The position numbers were made by a program, and so were the translations under genes. From contig NC_069000.1 of the NCBI RefSeq assembly GCF_001194135.2, positions 22,208,202 to 22,244,673 of the forward strand: a stretch of 36,472 nucleotides of DNA. Reading direction: 5' to 3'. The first letter of the stretch is position 1; every line of letters begins with the position of its first letter. The notes under the pieces are model-generated. The model saw only the letters and a program-made list of their open reading frames with translations, was not told the DNA's origin and ran no database searches. This document shows positions 21,784 to 35,812 of the stretch, piece after piece. The DNA is from Octopus bimaculoides (Eukaryota).

Positions 21784-22609
21784 TATAGTTGTTCTAGTCA
21801 TCAGCTTAAGAAAAAAAATTTTAAAAACTAGTTAGTAAGATGCCATAAAATTTGTAACCCACATTTTTTAGAACCACTATATTACAATATAAAACCACAC
21901 ACACACACAAAATGTATTTCTTTGAAGCTGATGATTCACTGCAGCCAATACTCATCATTTCTGACCCTAGTGCATAAATTCAAGCAAAACAAAGAATGCA
22001 TAGGTGTGGGGAACCAAACTGGAGTGTTGCATCGATTTCAAGTAAATACATAAGCTCTATTACATATACATGCAGACACTCAAACACACACACACACACA
22101 CACACACAGATATAATACTTGCTTCAGTCACTGGACAGTCATCTTGCTCAGGCCATGGCATCGAAGGCTGGTTTCTTGTTCATTTTTACACCCATTTTTC
22201 CATGCTAGCATGGGTTGAACAAATACATTTTTGCAACAGTTTTATAGCCAACAGACCTTCCTGTCTCTAAAATTTAACTGGTTTTCAAGCAAGTGATCTC
22301 TTATTCCTCAGTTATTTGAATACATACACAAGCATATCTATACATTTATATATATTTATATCTGTGTGTGTACATGTACACATACCTACATATACACACA
22401 TATGTTTGCTGGGGTCAGGTGGAGTGTTATGACGCAGATTTTCTACTGTCGGATGCCCAAACCTGTTTTTAAGCAAAGTAACATTTCTCTATGATTAGAG
22501 GTTCTCACAAAATATTGGAACTGAAATACACCGCTTGTATGACAGTGACACTCGTTTACAGAATATCATGCAATGCTAAGACAAAGAAACACAAACATAT
22601 ATACACACA

Positions 22610-22640
<31 letters not shown>

Positions 22641-23689
22641 GAGGGGCTAAATCCAAACTTCTGGTCAGCTTGGGGCCATAGTTGAAGACACAGATGGACT
22701 GAACCCAAAACCATGTTGAGGAGTAAACTGCTTAGTCATACAACCACACCTGTGCCTGTATACATACACACGCATAAATATCTACTTATCTATCTACACA
22801 CACGCACATGACTATGTGTAATCCTTTCAAGAACTGCAAATATAAATACTACTATATTGTACACTCAGCATTCACAGGAGTGTACACATCTGTTTGACCA
22901 TGTACGTATATCCATAGGCAATATACATAAATATGCATAGAAAACTATATAATCACATGTACTTGTGTGTGTGCATGTGTGTGTATCTATGACAAATAAC
23001 AACACCAGCTCTACTACTTCGTTTTCTCTCTTTTCTTCAGAAATAGACAAACACACAAACATATATATTACATATATGCAATTTTGGATATTAGATGGAT
23101 AGAGTATAAATAGATAGAGAGAAAAATCACCAATGGTTGCTTCACATTTGAATTGAATATACACAAATGTGTTCTTTGAACAATCCTATCTCCATAATGA
23201 ATTAAATCTAGAAATATGGTTTTCAGCATGAGTCAAAATGCTTTATTGAAAAATAGCAATACCCAAGAAAATGGTTTTGTTGCTATTGGTTACGGAAACA
23301 ATAATAAAATGGATATTTTCAGTAAAATGTAATTAAAGTAGATAGTGACTAAGATGTTGCAGCTTCCCTTTTTAACATGGCTGATAGGGTAAGGAAAAAA
23401 ATAATGACTTTTTCATTTACTAATTCCTTCAGAGATGGACATCTCAGTCAATATAAACAGTATTGGAAACTGAGGTTAAAAAAAAAAAAAGAAAATAGAT
23501 GCCTTTTGACAACTCGGAGGTTGCTGTGATGATTTTATGTAACCCTCACCCCCCGTCACACCTCCACCTCTGCCCTATTCAAAAATCATCTTTACCATCT
23601 TCTCTCTCTCTCTTTCTTGCTGAAGTAGCCATGTATCTCCTTTACTGCAAGACACCTATTTCTCTCCCTCTACTACTCATCGCTTGGCA

Positions 23690-23950
23690 CAAAAACCACC
23701 TTCCTCAATATTACTCCCCACGTCAAGAGTGGAGTCTTACTTTCTAAGTTCTTTGGTAACCTCACTGCTGCTGGTGCCACATAAAAAGCACCCAGTACAC
23801 ACTGTAGAATGGTTGGCATTAGGAAGGCCATCCAGCTAAACCAAAGCAAACAGCAGAGCTTGGCATAGTCTTCTAACTTGCCAGCTCCTGTCAAACCATC
23901 CAACCCATGCCAACATGGAAACAGACATTAAATGATGACGATGATGATGT
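23690..23950 (+). mobile_element. SINE family B
   Basis: GGTTGGCATTAGGAAGGCCATCCAGCT core, CAACCCATGCCAACATGGAAA, (GAT)n tail. Confidence 0.8.
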
Positions 23951-24367
23951 GTTCATTGTCATCCAGTGTGTCATATTCAGCAAGTCTTGACATCTTTTAT
24001 GGTGCAGGATTAATTTTCAGCTGAGTGGATTGGATTGACATGAAATGAAGAGCCTTGTCCAGGGACACAATATGCTACTCTTTCTGGGAACCAAACCACA
24101 ACTTCCTTTAAATTCTGAATTCAACAGCCTAATCAGCAGGCTATGCACTTTAACTAATGATCTACTAGTGACTTTAATTGTGTCCTAATTAGATAATAAT
24201 ATATGCTGCTTGTAAGAGACCTGGATTCTGAACACTATCAAAACTTGACAGAATCACCAGGGTACCGCAGAGTTACACAGAATACTGTTAAGGCTGAAAA
24301 TAGGAGAGATTGATAAAATTTTCATAAATAACAACAGTTATTACATCTAAATCATGATGCAACCACT

Positions 24368-24890
24368 TAAACCCTTCAGCAATCAGATTACTCTAACATA
24401 TGTAATGCTTATTTATTCATATAGTTTTAAATTATTCGGGCATTATCTCATTAGCTTTGGGATTTCGATAATGTGATTGTTTATTTTCAGAATGACATTA
24501 TGAGGCAGATGTCATCATCATCATCATCATTTAACGTCCGCTTTCCATGCTAGTATGGGTTGGACGATTTGACTGAGGACTGGCAAGCCAGAAGGTTGCA
24601 CCAGGCTCCAATCTGATCTGGCAGAGTTTCTACAGCTGGATGCCCTTCCTAATGCCAACCACTCTGAGAGTGTAGTGGGTGATTTTACGTGCCACTGGCA
24701 CGAGGGCCAGTCACACGGTACTGTCAATGGCCATGCTCAAAAAGGTGTATTTTGCGTGCCACCTGCACGGGAGCCAGTCCAGCAGCACTGGCAATGACTT
24801 CGCTCGATTGATTTTCTAACGTGCCACCGAGAGCTGAAACTAGCTGGGGGTGAACATAAAACAAATATTTGGACTGGTTGTGGCTGTTTT
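24368..24890. mobile_element. MITE family 1 copy interrupted by a SINE B insertion
   Basis: MITE left part 24368-24511 resumes at about 24830 (GAGAGCTGAAACTAG...GAACATAAAACA). Confidence 0.7.
24512..24829 (-). mobile_element. SINE family B, long young copy
   Basis: (CAT)n, TTTAACGTCCGCTTTCCATGCTAG..., extends further 5' than the other copies. Confidence 0.85.
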
Positions 24891-25114
24891 AACCCTTTAG
24901 CATTCAGATTACTCTGACAAAAATGTAATGCTTATTTATTCACATTGTTTTGAATTAATCATGTGTTAACATGTAGCTTTGAAATTTCAACGATGTGATT
25001 GTTTAATTTTAGACTGACATTGCAGGATTGGTGTAAGATGCTGCATCTGATTTGAACATAAAACAGGCAAAATATTTTGGCAGGATATAACAGTTTAAAT
25101 GTTGATAGGTTAAA
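24890..25114. mobile_element. MITE family 1, complete copy
   Basis: TTAACCCTTTAGCATTCAGATTACTC ... AAATGTTGATAGGTTAA. Confidence 0.8.
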
Positions 25115-25535
25115 TTTAAAAACTTGAAATACAGACACACATGCACACTATTCTTATTTTATAAGGGTGAATGCTCAATGTTTTCTAAAACTGTACATTA
25201 GTAACTGAAAATGGAAGTTCTTCAATATCTTTCAGAAAGCAATTAAATTTCTCTATTAATTTCTCACATCTTCCAACTATAGAACACACACACATACACA
25301 AACACATGCACATACACATTTCTTATAGTCATTTCTGAAAAGACCTAAATGGCCTATAGTTATTCAATACCTACAGAACATGCAAAGAAAAATACAAAAG
25401 TTGTAACGCTTTTAAGAGGAGGGTCCGAATGTCTGTTTGTTTGAGGTTGGGGTGGGAGAAATGAAACACCAACTGTAGCAACTTCCATCCACTCACGCAC
25501 ACACATACAAAGAATTGGCATGTGTAGAAAATATC

Positions 25536-25760
25536 TTAATCCTTTAGCATTTCACCCAGCCATATCCAGTTAAAATATTCTATCTATTTTATGTTCACAT
25601 TGACTAGATCTGGCCTCTCACACCTACCTTACAGTGTCATTTCAAAAAATAAACAATCACATCATTGAAATCTCAAAACCATAAGATAATGCAAGATTAA
25701 TTCAAGATATGAATGAATAATCATTACATTTGACAGAGTAACCTGACTGCTAAAGTGTTA
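25536..25760. mobile_element. MITE family 1, opposite orientation to 24890
   Basis: TTAATCCTTTAGCATTT ... CAGAGTAACCTGACTGCTAAAGTGTTA. Confidence 0.75.
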
Positions 25761-26233
25761 TGCTAAGCCTATAGTTGCCAGATAATCATATACACATATA
25801 AGGCCAAAGATTTTGAGAAGACTTCCTCAATCTTTTAAATATACCTTACTAATTTATCTTGTATCAGTTTTCTTTTTTATTTATTAACCTCAAAAGGGTG
25901 TCAAACCAAAACCATGGTTGATCCCAGAAGAATCTGAAAGGAGATTGTGAATGTGAAAAGACCATAATTAAACACCACGTGGAATTAATGTTCCTGTTTG
26001 CTAAGCTGACTTTGTCAATTAATACTAGCACCAGATTAATAGTTACTTACATTGGCCTCAGTCCAAAGATAATATACAAAGCTGACATAGGTAGGACTTG
26101 AACTCAGGACCATTAAATGACTAAACTAAAGACCATAAACTGCTTTGTCCACTCATTCTACCAATCCCTCATCTTATACATACCTAATGATTTTTAACAT
26201 GAGCACAAATTCCTAAGTTTTTTTGTGAGTGGT

Positions 26234-26459
26234 TTAACCCTTTTATTACAAGCCTGCTTGAGACTGCTCTTTCCTCTAGGACATAAATTTCTACTTTTAC
26301 AATGATCTAAATTAAAACTAATCAAAATTCCATGCTAATTTTTGTTCTAAACACCAGCTTAATAGTAGTGAAATTATTTTACTAAATTCTTCATTTTCAA
26401 AATTCACAGAGGCAAAGGTTGCATATTTCAGCTGAAATATGGTAACAAAAAAAAGTTAA
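26234..26459. mobile_element. MITE family 2 (TTAA-flanked, piggyBac-like)
   Basis: TTAACCCTTTTATTAC versus GGTAACAAAAAAAAGTTAA imperfect TIRs; perfect 20-bp palindrome CATATTTCAGCTGAAATATG at 26422-26441. Confidence 0.6.
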
Positions 26460-26957
26460 ACGGTTCAATTGACCATATGATATTTACTTTAATTAACAAG
26501 AGCTGGAGGAAATTAAGCAATGAAGAAAAGAATAAAAGCTCACACAAGTTACCTATTTCCTAGGAATGGTGGCAATTAGATTTCTCTATCACTTTGTAGT
26601 ATTTCTGTATAAGTGACAACAAAAAGTGCACAAGACACACCACCTATGTTAGAAGTGCGCAGAGTCCATAATAATTGTATGTATGTATAGAAAGCTATTT
26701 CCTCAAATAGTGAAATAACATTTTACACACACACTATGCATATAACACACATAATATACATATTTTATATAGGAAAAAAGACACGAGCTACATGAAAAAG
26801 CCATCACCACCTGTCTAACTTCATTAAGAAAAGTCAATTGAATATGGGATAAAGTGTTAAATTTAGGAGGTTTTTCTGGTGCACTCCACGTCTGCTTCTT
26901 AGTCCTTTTGTTTTACAATAGATTACAGGGACCAGACCAACTATACACAATCTGGAG

Positions 26958-27000
<43 letters not shown>

Positions 27001-27569
27001 TACTTTTACATGTTTATATATATAAATACAATATCTGTACACTTTTACACACACACACATGCACGCACACATACACTTTTATATGTATAAATGTAAATAT
27101 ACAGATGTAAACATTCATACATACATGACTCTTGGATCCTGCCAATATGGAAGATGAACACTAAATGATGATATATGCATGTACATACATGTATTTGTAA
27201 ATACATACATATTCATGCACACACATACACACTCACAAACATACATATAATCAGTACAAAAACATAGTACATGCTTGTGCTGGTTGTATGCTTGCATTCT
27301 GAAAGTATGTTGATATATATCTAGATACTGTCTGTGTGTATGTATGTTTAGTTAGTCTGGTCCCATATTTTACACTTATGTTATCAACCCCACTAGAAGT
27401 TAGGCAGAGGGTATTGGTATCTTCATGTAGCTCATGTTTTACTGGGTTTTTTTTTCTAGTTACCACCAAGAATTAAAACCGATGAACATCATGTGGAAAT
27501 GTTCATTAAGGATGGTCTTTATGTCAGCGATTATTTCAGAAAGAGGTACAACGGTAAGTTTTTGGAAGG

Positions 27570-27715
27570 AGGGTACAATCGTTCTAATCGACTTGAGTGG
27601 TAATTATTTTACCAACTCCTGAAAGAGGAAAGAACAAAGGGAGCCAGCTTTGGTAGGATTTGAACTCAGAACACTAAATATTGCAAAGCATGTTGCCCAA
27701 CTTTCTATCGTATCC
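27570..27715 (-). mobile_element. SINE family C, diverged
   Basis: GGTAATTATTTTACCAACTCC...GGATTTGAACTCAGAAC is the reverse complement of the family core. Confidence 0.6.
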
Positions 27716-29807
27716 TTCTGATTCCTAACATTTTAAAAACAGTAACAAAAATTTTTCTCCAAATCCTCAGTCCATGTGTACAAGCATGAAACACTTTCAA
27801 AATAACAGACAATAATCAAGATATGATCCAAAATAAACCCTTTAGGAATAATATTAAACTATTTGATCAATCATTGCAGTGTTGGGTTTAGGCCACAGGG
27901 TAATACTGAAATTGATGTAAAATCACTTTTACATATTTGTAATGGGTGATATATGAAGCAATTATAGATGATGTATAATATATGAAGCATATCTGATATT
28001 ATACTGTCATACCTTAAAACAAATGACTGATCATGGATCACACACTAATCTTCATGATAGATCTGTTAATACTGCGTTAACAACTGCCACGAGTAGACCA
28101 GATATTGTTATCAAACATTAAGGGAAACTAAAATATGTTAGCTGTCATAATACCAACAAATAAAATCCAGAAAACAGAACAAATACAGGGACTTGAAATT
28201 AGACGAATTGCTAATGTGAGCCTCAATGTTGGTGCTGTCACATTAGACTTTGAGGGGAAGGTTCTCCTCTGTGCAAATTTCAGTGTAATAATGGAGAACA
28301 CAGAGTCTGAACTAAAAACAACAATCTGGATTAATTTCAGGGTGGGAGCAACAAGTGTAAAATGCACAAAAAGCTGTCTCGTTACCTATAATAGAAATAT
28401 TACTCTCCATTTAACGGAGCAGCCAACCCCAAGATGTTTCTGTTTAGAAGTACAACCAGAACCAATGAACTATGAAGAGGTCATAATAGTGATTAATAGT
28501 GATTATTTTTATATTGTTACAAGATCAGAGAAATAGCAAATGATATCAGTGTATGAGAGGTACTCATTTTGTCTACCCCAGGAACTGGACAAAATACTCT
28601 AAAGACATTTAATCTGGGGATCTACATTAAAACAATATGCTTGTTTGTTTGTTTGTTTATACACATCAAACAAAAATATTTGTTCCAAGAGAGATGAAAC
28701 CCAGGAAGACATCTCATCCATGCCGCCTTCCCCTGAGACACCAACAATGAACTAGAAACCACATCCTCAAACAGAGCTAAGTTGATGTTGTAAATTTGTT
28801 CCTTGAAAACATTAAGGGTACTTGGAAATGAGATGTTGTGTAAATCATGCCTTTCCTACTTTGGTTGTGATAGTCATCTCTTGTATTTTACAATCTTTGG
28901 AAGAATGAAAGACAAAACTGACCTCAATAGTATTTGGAATCTGAGTGAAAAGAGATAGAAAACAAATGCAGCCAACTAGAATTTTTCCATAAATATGCCC
29001 CCCACCTATAAATATGACTGCAAAAAACAGGAAGGCCAGTTAAAGAAAACTGTAAGTGTCTGTAGCAGTATCAAATATTTCTACTTTACAACGTACCACT
29101 AGTGGGACGGACTACCTACCTATAACTATCTACCTATTTTCCTAACTATATTGTATTGGGTTAATAATGTGATGGGAAAGAGGCATGTCATTAAACGGGA
29201 GACAAGATGTGGTTGCTTGACCTACATCAAAGAGGAGCTAAATCTCTCTCAAATCACACATACCATCTTAATTAACTAACCCCCTTCACTGCAGAAATCA
29301 AATATATCCACTCCCAAAACTTCCTTTACTCTTAACTATGGAAAGAAGTTTAATATACTAATCTATCTTTTGTTGAGGAATGTCATATTTGAAATTATTT
29401 TCTGTTGAGATATACCAAGAATATTGATGCATTGTGACTCACAGAAAATGCCAATTCTATTTTCTGGTAGATATTTAACAAAATCGTTGGAATGGCCATG
29501 AAATTTAATTTCGCAGTTAGGAAAAATTACATTAGACAATGTGATCCTACATATACGTTATAAGAATGGTTTGTTACAGATGGAATGACTAATCCCACCG
29601 TTTAGAAATAAAAGGCATACTGAATAATTTTTGTTGAGAATACACAAAAAGACAGGACTGTCAAGATTGGAATATTTTGATCAGTTTTAACCTTAGGACA
29701 TTTCTCTAAGATGCAAAATGCTAAACGACAAAATCATTATAAAGTACAAAATAGATAAAGAAGGTATTATGTGACTTTGTTGAAGGCATTATTATTATTA
29801 TCATTAT

Positions 29808-30425
29808 TATTCTGTCTTTACATACTGAGTTCAAAACCCATCAAGGTTAACTTTGCCTTTCATCCTTTTGGGGTTGATAAATTAAGTACCAGTGAAACAC
29901 TGGGGTCAATGTAATCAACTGGTCCCCTCACCCAAAATTTTAGGCCTTGTGCCTGTAGTAGAAAGGATTATTATTATTATTTATTATTAAGATGACAAGT
30001 TGGCAGAATTGTTAGCATGCCAAGCAAAATACTTAATTGCATTTTGTTTGTCAAATTCTGCCGAAGTCAACTTTGCCATTCAGCCTTTCGGGGGTTGATA
30101 AAATAAGTACCAGTTGAGTACTGGGGTCAATGTAATCGACTTACCCACTTCCTCGAAATTATTGGCCTTCGAACCAAATTTGAAATCATTATCACCATCA
30201 TTATTATTTGATTGGTAGCATCACAAGTGTTGGGAAAAAATACCTTGCAGTATTTCTTTTAGTTCTTTATGTTCTAGTTCAAATTCTGTTGGGGTCAAAT
30301 TTACCTTTTATCCCTCTGTGGGTCAATAAAATAAAGTATCAGCCAAGTAAGGGGCTTGATTGTATTGAGTAAACCCCCAGCCTTCAAAGAAATTGCCAGC
30401 CTTGTAGATAAATCAGCAGTATTAC
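29808..30425 (+). mobile_element. Three head-to-tail SINE family C copies
   Basis: The GTTCAAA...TTTGCC/ACCTTT...GATAAAATAAGTACCAG core recurs near 29830, 30050 and 30275, separated by (ATT)n-like tails. Confidence 0.8.
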
Positions 30426-31169
30426 TCTTGATTGAATTGGCAACCAAATTTCAATACGGTTGATATTGATAATGTTATCAAGAAAGGCATGAACAACACA
30501 GTTTCATCCACTCTTCTCTTTAAAGTTCTGGTCTCAAACTTGAAACTATTTTATTTATTTCAGTTATTGAACTGTGGCCATGCCAAGGTACACACTTCAA
30601 GAGAATCAATTCCAGTATTTAAATTATAAGCCGTCTCTATTGAATAGCTTACATTACCGTTTAACATCAAAAAGGATGCAGCATGTAAGAAATCTATGAT
30701 TATTTTTAAATGCTGAAATAAGTGTGTAACACTATATTAATTATTAATATAGTTGTCGCTGAATATTCATACCAACATCAATGAAATAATGAACATGTTC
30801 ATTATCTGCCACCAGCTAAAGTTATTAAAGACAACCTAGATCTACCTCGTACCATTTATGTCACCTGTGTCTTTACTTAAAAAAGACATTGAACTTCAGC
30901 ATACATACAGATACACAATTCAGTATCTGTTTAATTTTTAATGAAACTATCATGGGTTGCTGAAGACTGTATCTTTAGGTCAATACATGACCCATTCTGG
31001 GTCAATAGCATTACGGATATTAATTCATCACTGCTTAACTAGCTTCTAACTGTAGTTGTTGGACATTTAGGAATGGGTGGCAGAAAACAGGATTCTTTCT
31101 TAATTTTTATCAGCACTGGACAAAATGGTCAAGAACAATTTCTTCTGGTTCTTTACTTTCTGAATTCAG

Positions 31170-31557
31170 ATATTGTTGAGGTTGACTGTCTTTCATCCTT
31201 TCAGGGTCAACAAAATAAAAGTACCAGTTGCGCATTTTGGGTCAATGTACTTGATTAGCCTTCTCACTCAAAATTTCAGACTTTGTGCCTATCGTGGAAA
31301 GAATAATTGTCAGGGTGATGAGCTGGCAGAATCATTAGTAATGCCAAGCAAAATGATTAGTAGCATTTTGTCTGTTTTTACATTCTGAGTTCAAATTCTG
31401 TCAAAGATGAATTTGCCTTTTGGAGTTGATAAAATAAGTACCAGTTAAGCATTTGGGATCAATATAATCAACTAGCCCCCCCCCCACTCCCACCACCACA
31501 CACAATTTCAGACCTTTGAGTCTATTGTAGAAAGGATTATTATTATTATTATTATTT
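31170..31557 (+). mobile_element. Two head-to-tail SINE family C copies
   Basis: Cores near 31190 and 31390; (ATT)n tail before the gap. Confidence 0.75.
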
Positions 31558-32149
31558 TNNNNNNNNNNCACACACAATTTCAGACCTTTGAGTCTATTGT
31601 AGAAAGGATTATTATTATTATTATTATTTTATTTTTTTTATTTTTTTTACTTTTACATTTACTGCTAGAATATGAAGATAGCACTCCAGAAGCGACAAAC
31701 CCCTCCATGACTACATAGCAATCAACTATTTATTAATCCCATAATAGTTTGAGTAAAACACAGTGGCTTATCATACACATGCACACACACACACACACAA
31801 AGGTCTGCATGTGCTTGTTGTTTGTCACACCAACCAGCCAACCAGCCAACTGTCCTCCATTTGTGAGTGATAGTAGTAGTAGTAGGAGGAGTAATACTTT
31901 AACAGCTGGCAAAATATGCAACATGGTAAACTGAAGTTTTTACACACACACACACACAAAGCAAACTCTGTAATATCCGATATTAATGGATTGTGTTAAA
32001 GAATCCAGATATGTGTGTGCGCATATATATATTTACACACATACGCACTTAATCCAAAGCGTAAAAAAAGGTTAACCAGCTGTACAAAATATACCCTACA
32101 TACAACATTTAAATGCAGAGTATACTTAATGTAATTATTGATGTAAGTA

Positions 32150-32363
32150 ACGTGTTAATAGCGACGTCTCCTCAGTGGTAAATGTAATATCTAGCCCTGA
32201 AGTAAGTCGGGGAACTTCAAACGGTTGGTACTGCAGTAGGGTTTTTTATTCGAAATAAAAGTATGCGTTAGTGTGTGTTTGTCTATAAGTTTAAAACAAT
32301 AAATAAACAGATGTATATTCACAGACGACAAAGATCTAAGATGACGAAGTGGGTGTCGGGTTT

Positions 32364-32394
<31 letters not shown>

Positions 32395-33215
32395 CAGAGA
32401 AACCACCTTTAGCTTAGTTGATGTTTTTAGTCTCACGCCAGCCGTATGACCAAGTGTTACAAATATAGCCTTCCTATCTTTCAAATATATATGACTAAGT
32501 TGGTGAATGTGTTTCTTCCTCTTTTAAAAAGACAGGGATTTAACAGTTATTTCTAGCAGGCTGGCCAGAACAAACATGTAGAGACAATCTCTTAACGTTG
32601 TTCTTTAACATCTAAGTTAGCAGTGAAGGAGCAGGCCTATTGTTAAAGCGTCCCAATTATGACCATCTAGAAACTTGTATATCTCGGATTGCAATGTGTC
32701 CTTCCCGTTTTCAGAAGTTTAAAAAGTGTGATTTGAGAACTAATTTTTGTTAGCTATTTCTGGCAAGCCGAGCGAGCACGTTAAACGGTTGGGTGACCAG
32801 TGAAGGGCTATTATTATTATTTGGCTATTTAATTCTAATAGATTAAAAGAGCAGCCCTCGTTGTTGCTGCTATTGGTGGTGATGGAAATATTAGAAAACA
32901 CGATATAGAGCAAGAAAATAAAACTTAGGAAAATTTATCGATTTAAGAAGAAAGTAATGAAATATTTTCTCTCAATTTGTTTACTTGAAACAGAAAATCC
33001 GGTTTTTATATAGATCCGCACCCGGTGGAAAAATTGTAAAAAAAATAGTGTAGTAGTTGAAGTGCACCGTACGGATCTATATATTAACCGAAAATCCACC
33101 GTCCACTGGAGACGAACTGTAGACATGACGGTTAATTTTAGAGTAACAAGCTGACCAAATTGGTCCACGACTAGAAGATACACGCGGAAGTTATCTACAT
33201 ATATTTTACACCTAT
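32150..33215 (-). promoter_or_regulatory. CpG-retaining unique region, possible promoter/first exon of a minus-strand gene
   Basis: Visible jump in CG dinucleotides relative to 2-32 kb; possible donor TCAA|GTAAAC near 32985; (GA)n tract. Inference only. Confidence 0.3.
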
Positions 33216-34991
33216 NNNNNNNNNNNNNNNNNNNNNNNNNNNNNNNNNNNNNNNNNNNNNNNNNNNNNNNNNNNNNNNNNNNNNNNNNNNNNNNNNNNNN
33301 NNNNNNNNNNNNNNNNNNNNNNNNNNNNNNNNNNNNNNNNNNNNNNNNNNNNNNNNNNNNNNNNNNNNNNNNNNNNNNNNNNNNNNNNNNNNNNNNNNNN
33401 NNNNNNNNNNNNNNNNNNNNNNNNNNNNNNNNNNNNNNNNNNNNNNNNNNNNNNNNNNNNNNNNNNNNNNNNNNNNNNNNNNNNNNNNNNNNNNNNNNNN
33501 NNNNNNNNNNNNNNNNNNNNNNNNNNNNNNNNNNNNNNNNNNNNNNNNNNNNNNNNNNNNNNNNNNNNNNNNNNNNNNNNNNNNNNNNNNNNNNNNNNNN
33601 NNNNNNNNNNNNNNNNNNNNNNNNNNNNNNNNNNNNNNNNNNNNNNNNNNNNNNNNNNNNNNNNNNNNNNNNNNNNNNNNNNNNNNNNNNNNNNNNNNNN
33701 NNNNNNNNNNNNNNNNNNNNNNNNNNNNNNNNNNNNNNNNNNNNNNNNNNNNNNNNNNNNNNNNNNNNNNNNNNNNNNNNNNNNNNNNNNNNNNNNNNNN
33801 NNNNNNNNNNNNNNNNNNNNNNNNNNNNNNNNNNNNNNNNNNNNNNNNNNNNNNNNNNNNNNNNNNNNNNNNNNAAAAAAGGTGGGGTTTTTTTGTATGA
33901 TTGTGTATAGAGGAATATATTATTTTGCTTAAAAGAGTTCCAACACTGTCTGTTTTTTATGTTTTATTTATATTCCTGCAGAACTAATGTGGGGTATAGA
34001 ATATGGAATATACAATATAAAATAAAATAAAATAAAAATGGATGGCACCATGAAAGAAAGTATTGAATGTAGATGAAATATTGAGTGTTCAATATAAAGG
34101 ATCAAATATATAAATATAAATATATATATATAAAGGCGACTCGAGTTTCAGGGCTATTTCCCTTCGTCATGGCCGGTATGACAGAACGTATATATAATGT
34201 ATACACACACACCGTTGAACATGTGTTGCTAAATCTGTTTATTTTCGAAAGATTGTATTGTATTGAAATGTGCCTTTGTTGTTATTCTGTCGTTTACATT
34301 GCACGCATCTTTATATATAGATGGTCTCTTAGATGGGTGGCTTTCCAACCGATCCATAAGGTCTGGGGCACCGGTAAATTTCTGACGAGGCGGGGTGTGG
34401 GGTGGGGAGAGGGAAGATCCCACCCTCTTCTTAGGTGGGGCCCCGAAGACAACCGCGTTCCGCCTTGCAAAATTTTTCTTCGTGGCTCTGATTTATTTAC
34501 ACACCCGTGCGCGCGCGTTTAAACAAAGCGTGTATATATCTTGATTGAAGTAGTTTGTTGATTTAGCCCTCGGTCAGTATTTACTCAACACAACAAACAC
34601 ATTTACAATCAAAGGTGTTCCGATCGGGATAATCCCACCGCACACACATCCGTTGAATTCTTCCTTTATTTAGACAGTAGGGGTGATTTGAGTTGCTATT
34701 TCTAGCAGGTCGCACGACTACATAAAATCTCATAGTGTCAGTGTTTCTTTTTGTGATTAACAACGCGTATTAAAATCATTCTTGGTTCACACAAAATAAA
34801 ACTATTGATGAAAATCTTAAACATGGAGAAAATAAGACACCTGCGTAAGTAGGCTCTCTCAAACACAGATGTCCAGTTATAAGAAATGGAGAAGTCTTTG
34901 AGGAAAAGAGACAGGTTGGCCCAAAACTGCCTAACGGAATGGAGAGAGAAAGGACACAGCTATGTGGAACTACTTACGTGTTTGTTCTACG

Positions 34992-35026
<35 letters not shown>

Positions 35027-35768
35027 CTTTCTATATATATATATGTGTGTGTGTGTGTGTGCATCCAAGTTTGTGTATATGTGAAGGAGAGGGGTTATGG
35101 CCGTGTTCGTGAATAACCAAAAGATAGATAGGCTATCTATCTATCTATCTCAAGTGTTCAAAGTTGCATTTAATTCAAATGCTAACATACGCACTCCCAG
35201 GCATTCGGAAGTGAATATCATACCTGAAAGAAAGTACACTCCAAGAGTGCATTCGAAAATTAACCATCATTTTTACCTGTAGACAAACAAACAAACGATA
35301 AGCGAAACCTTTGTTTGGTTATAGTTTTTGTTTACATATCAACGTGTGCGTATATGTAGAGAACTGGCGAGAAAGGTTATATATATATGTATGTATGTGT
35401 GTGTGTGTGTGTGTGTGTGTGAATGTTAAATGACTAACTGATTTGTTGCTTAAAATATGAAAAAAAGAAAGCTGGGTAAAAAAGAAACGGCTGTATAAAC
35501 AAAAATATACACAGTAGCTTATCAACATACACACTTCTCATACAAATAAATAAATAAATAAAAAAATACCTGATCAACAAGCGTAGAAAACTTCATCTCC
35601 CAATGTTGTCCATCAACGTACATAGAACCACCGGCTTGTTTGTGTGTTTCCAATGGAATATATATCAACAACAAAAACTGTTGCCGACAACAATAACGAT
35701 GATTTTACGATGTTGAAAACGAGCTTTGATAATCCTTTCCAAATTGTGATGAGTATAGAAACTTATAA

Positions 35769-35812
<44 letters not shown>

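Noticed and set aside
28135-28536. 133-aa plus-strand ORF
   Set aside because: No recognisable motif, no convincing splice sites, and the end runs into a SINE C remnant; this length is unremarkable by chance.
19565-28755. Scattered plus-strand exon-like segments (LEYDYHSNHSCLTITEASQFARKEF near 19565; RDETQEDISSMPPSPETPTMN* near 28690)
   Set aside because: Isolated, with weak donors and no coherent chain; such AG/GT pairs arise often by chance in AT-rich introns.
31499-31626. Exact ~58-bp duplication around a 10-N gap
   Set aside because: Identical sequence on both sides of a tiny gap is the usual signature of an unmerged contig overlap.
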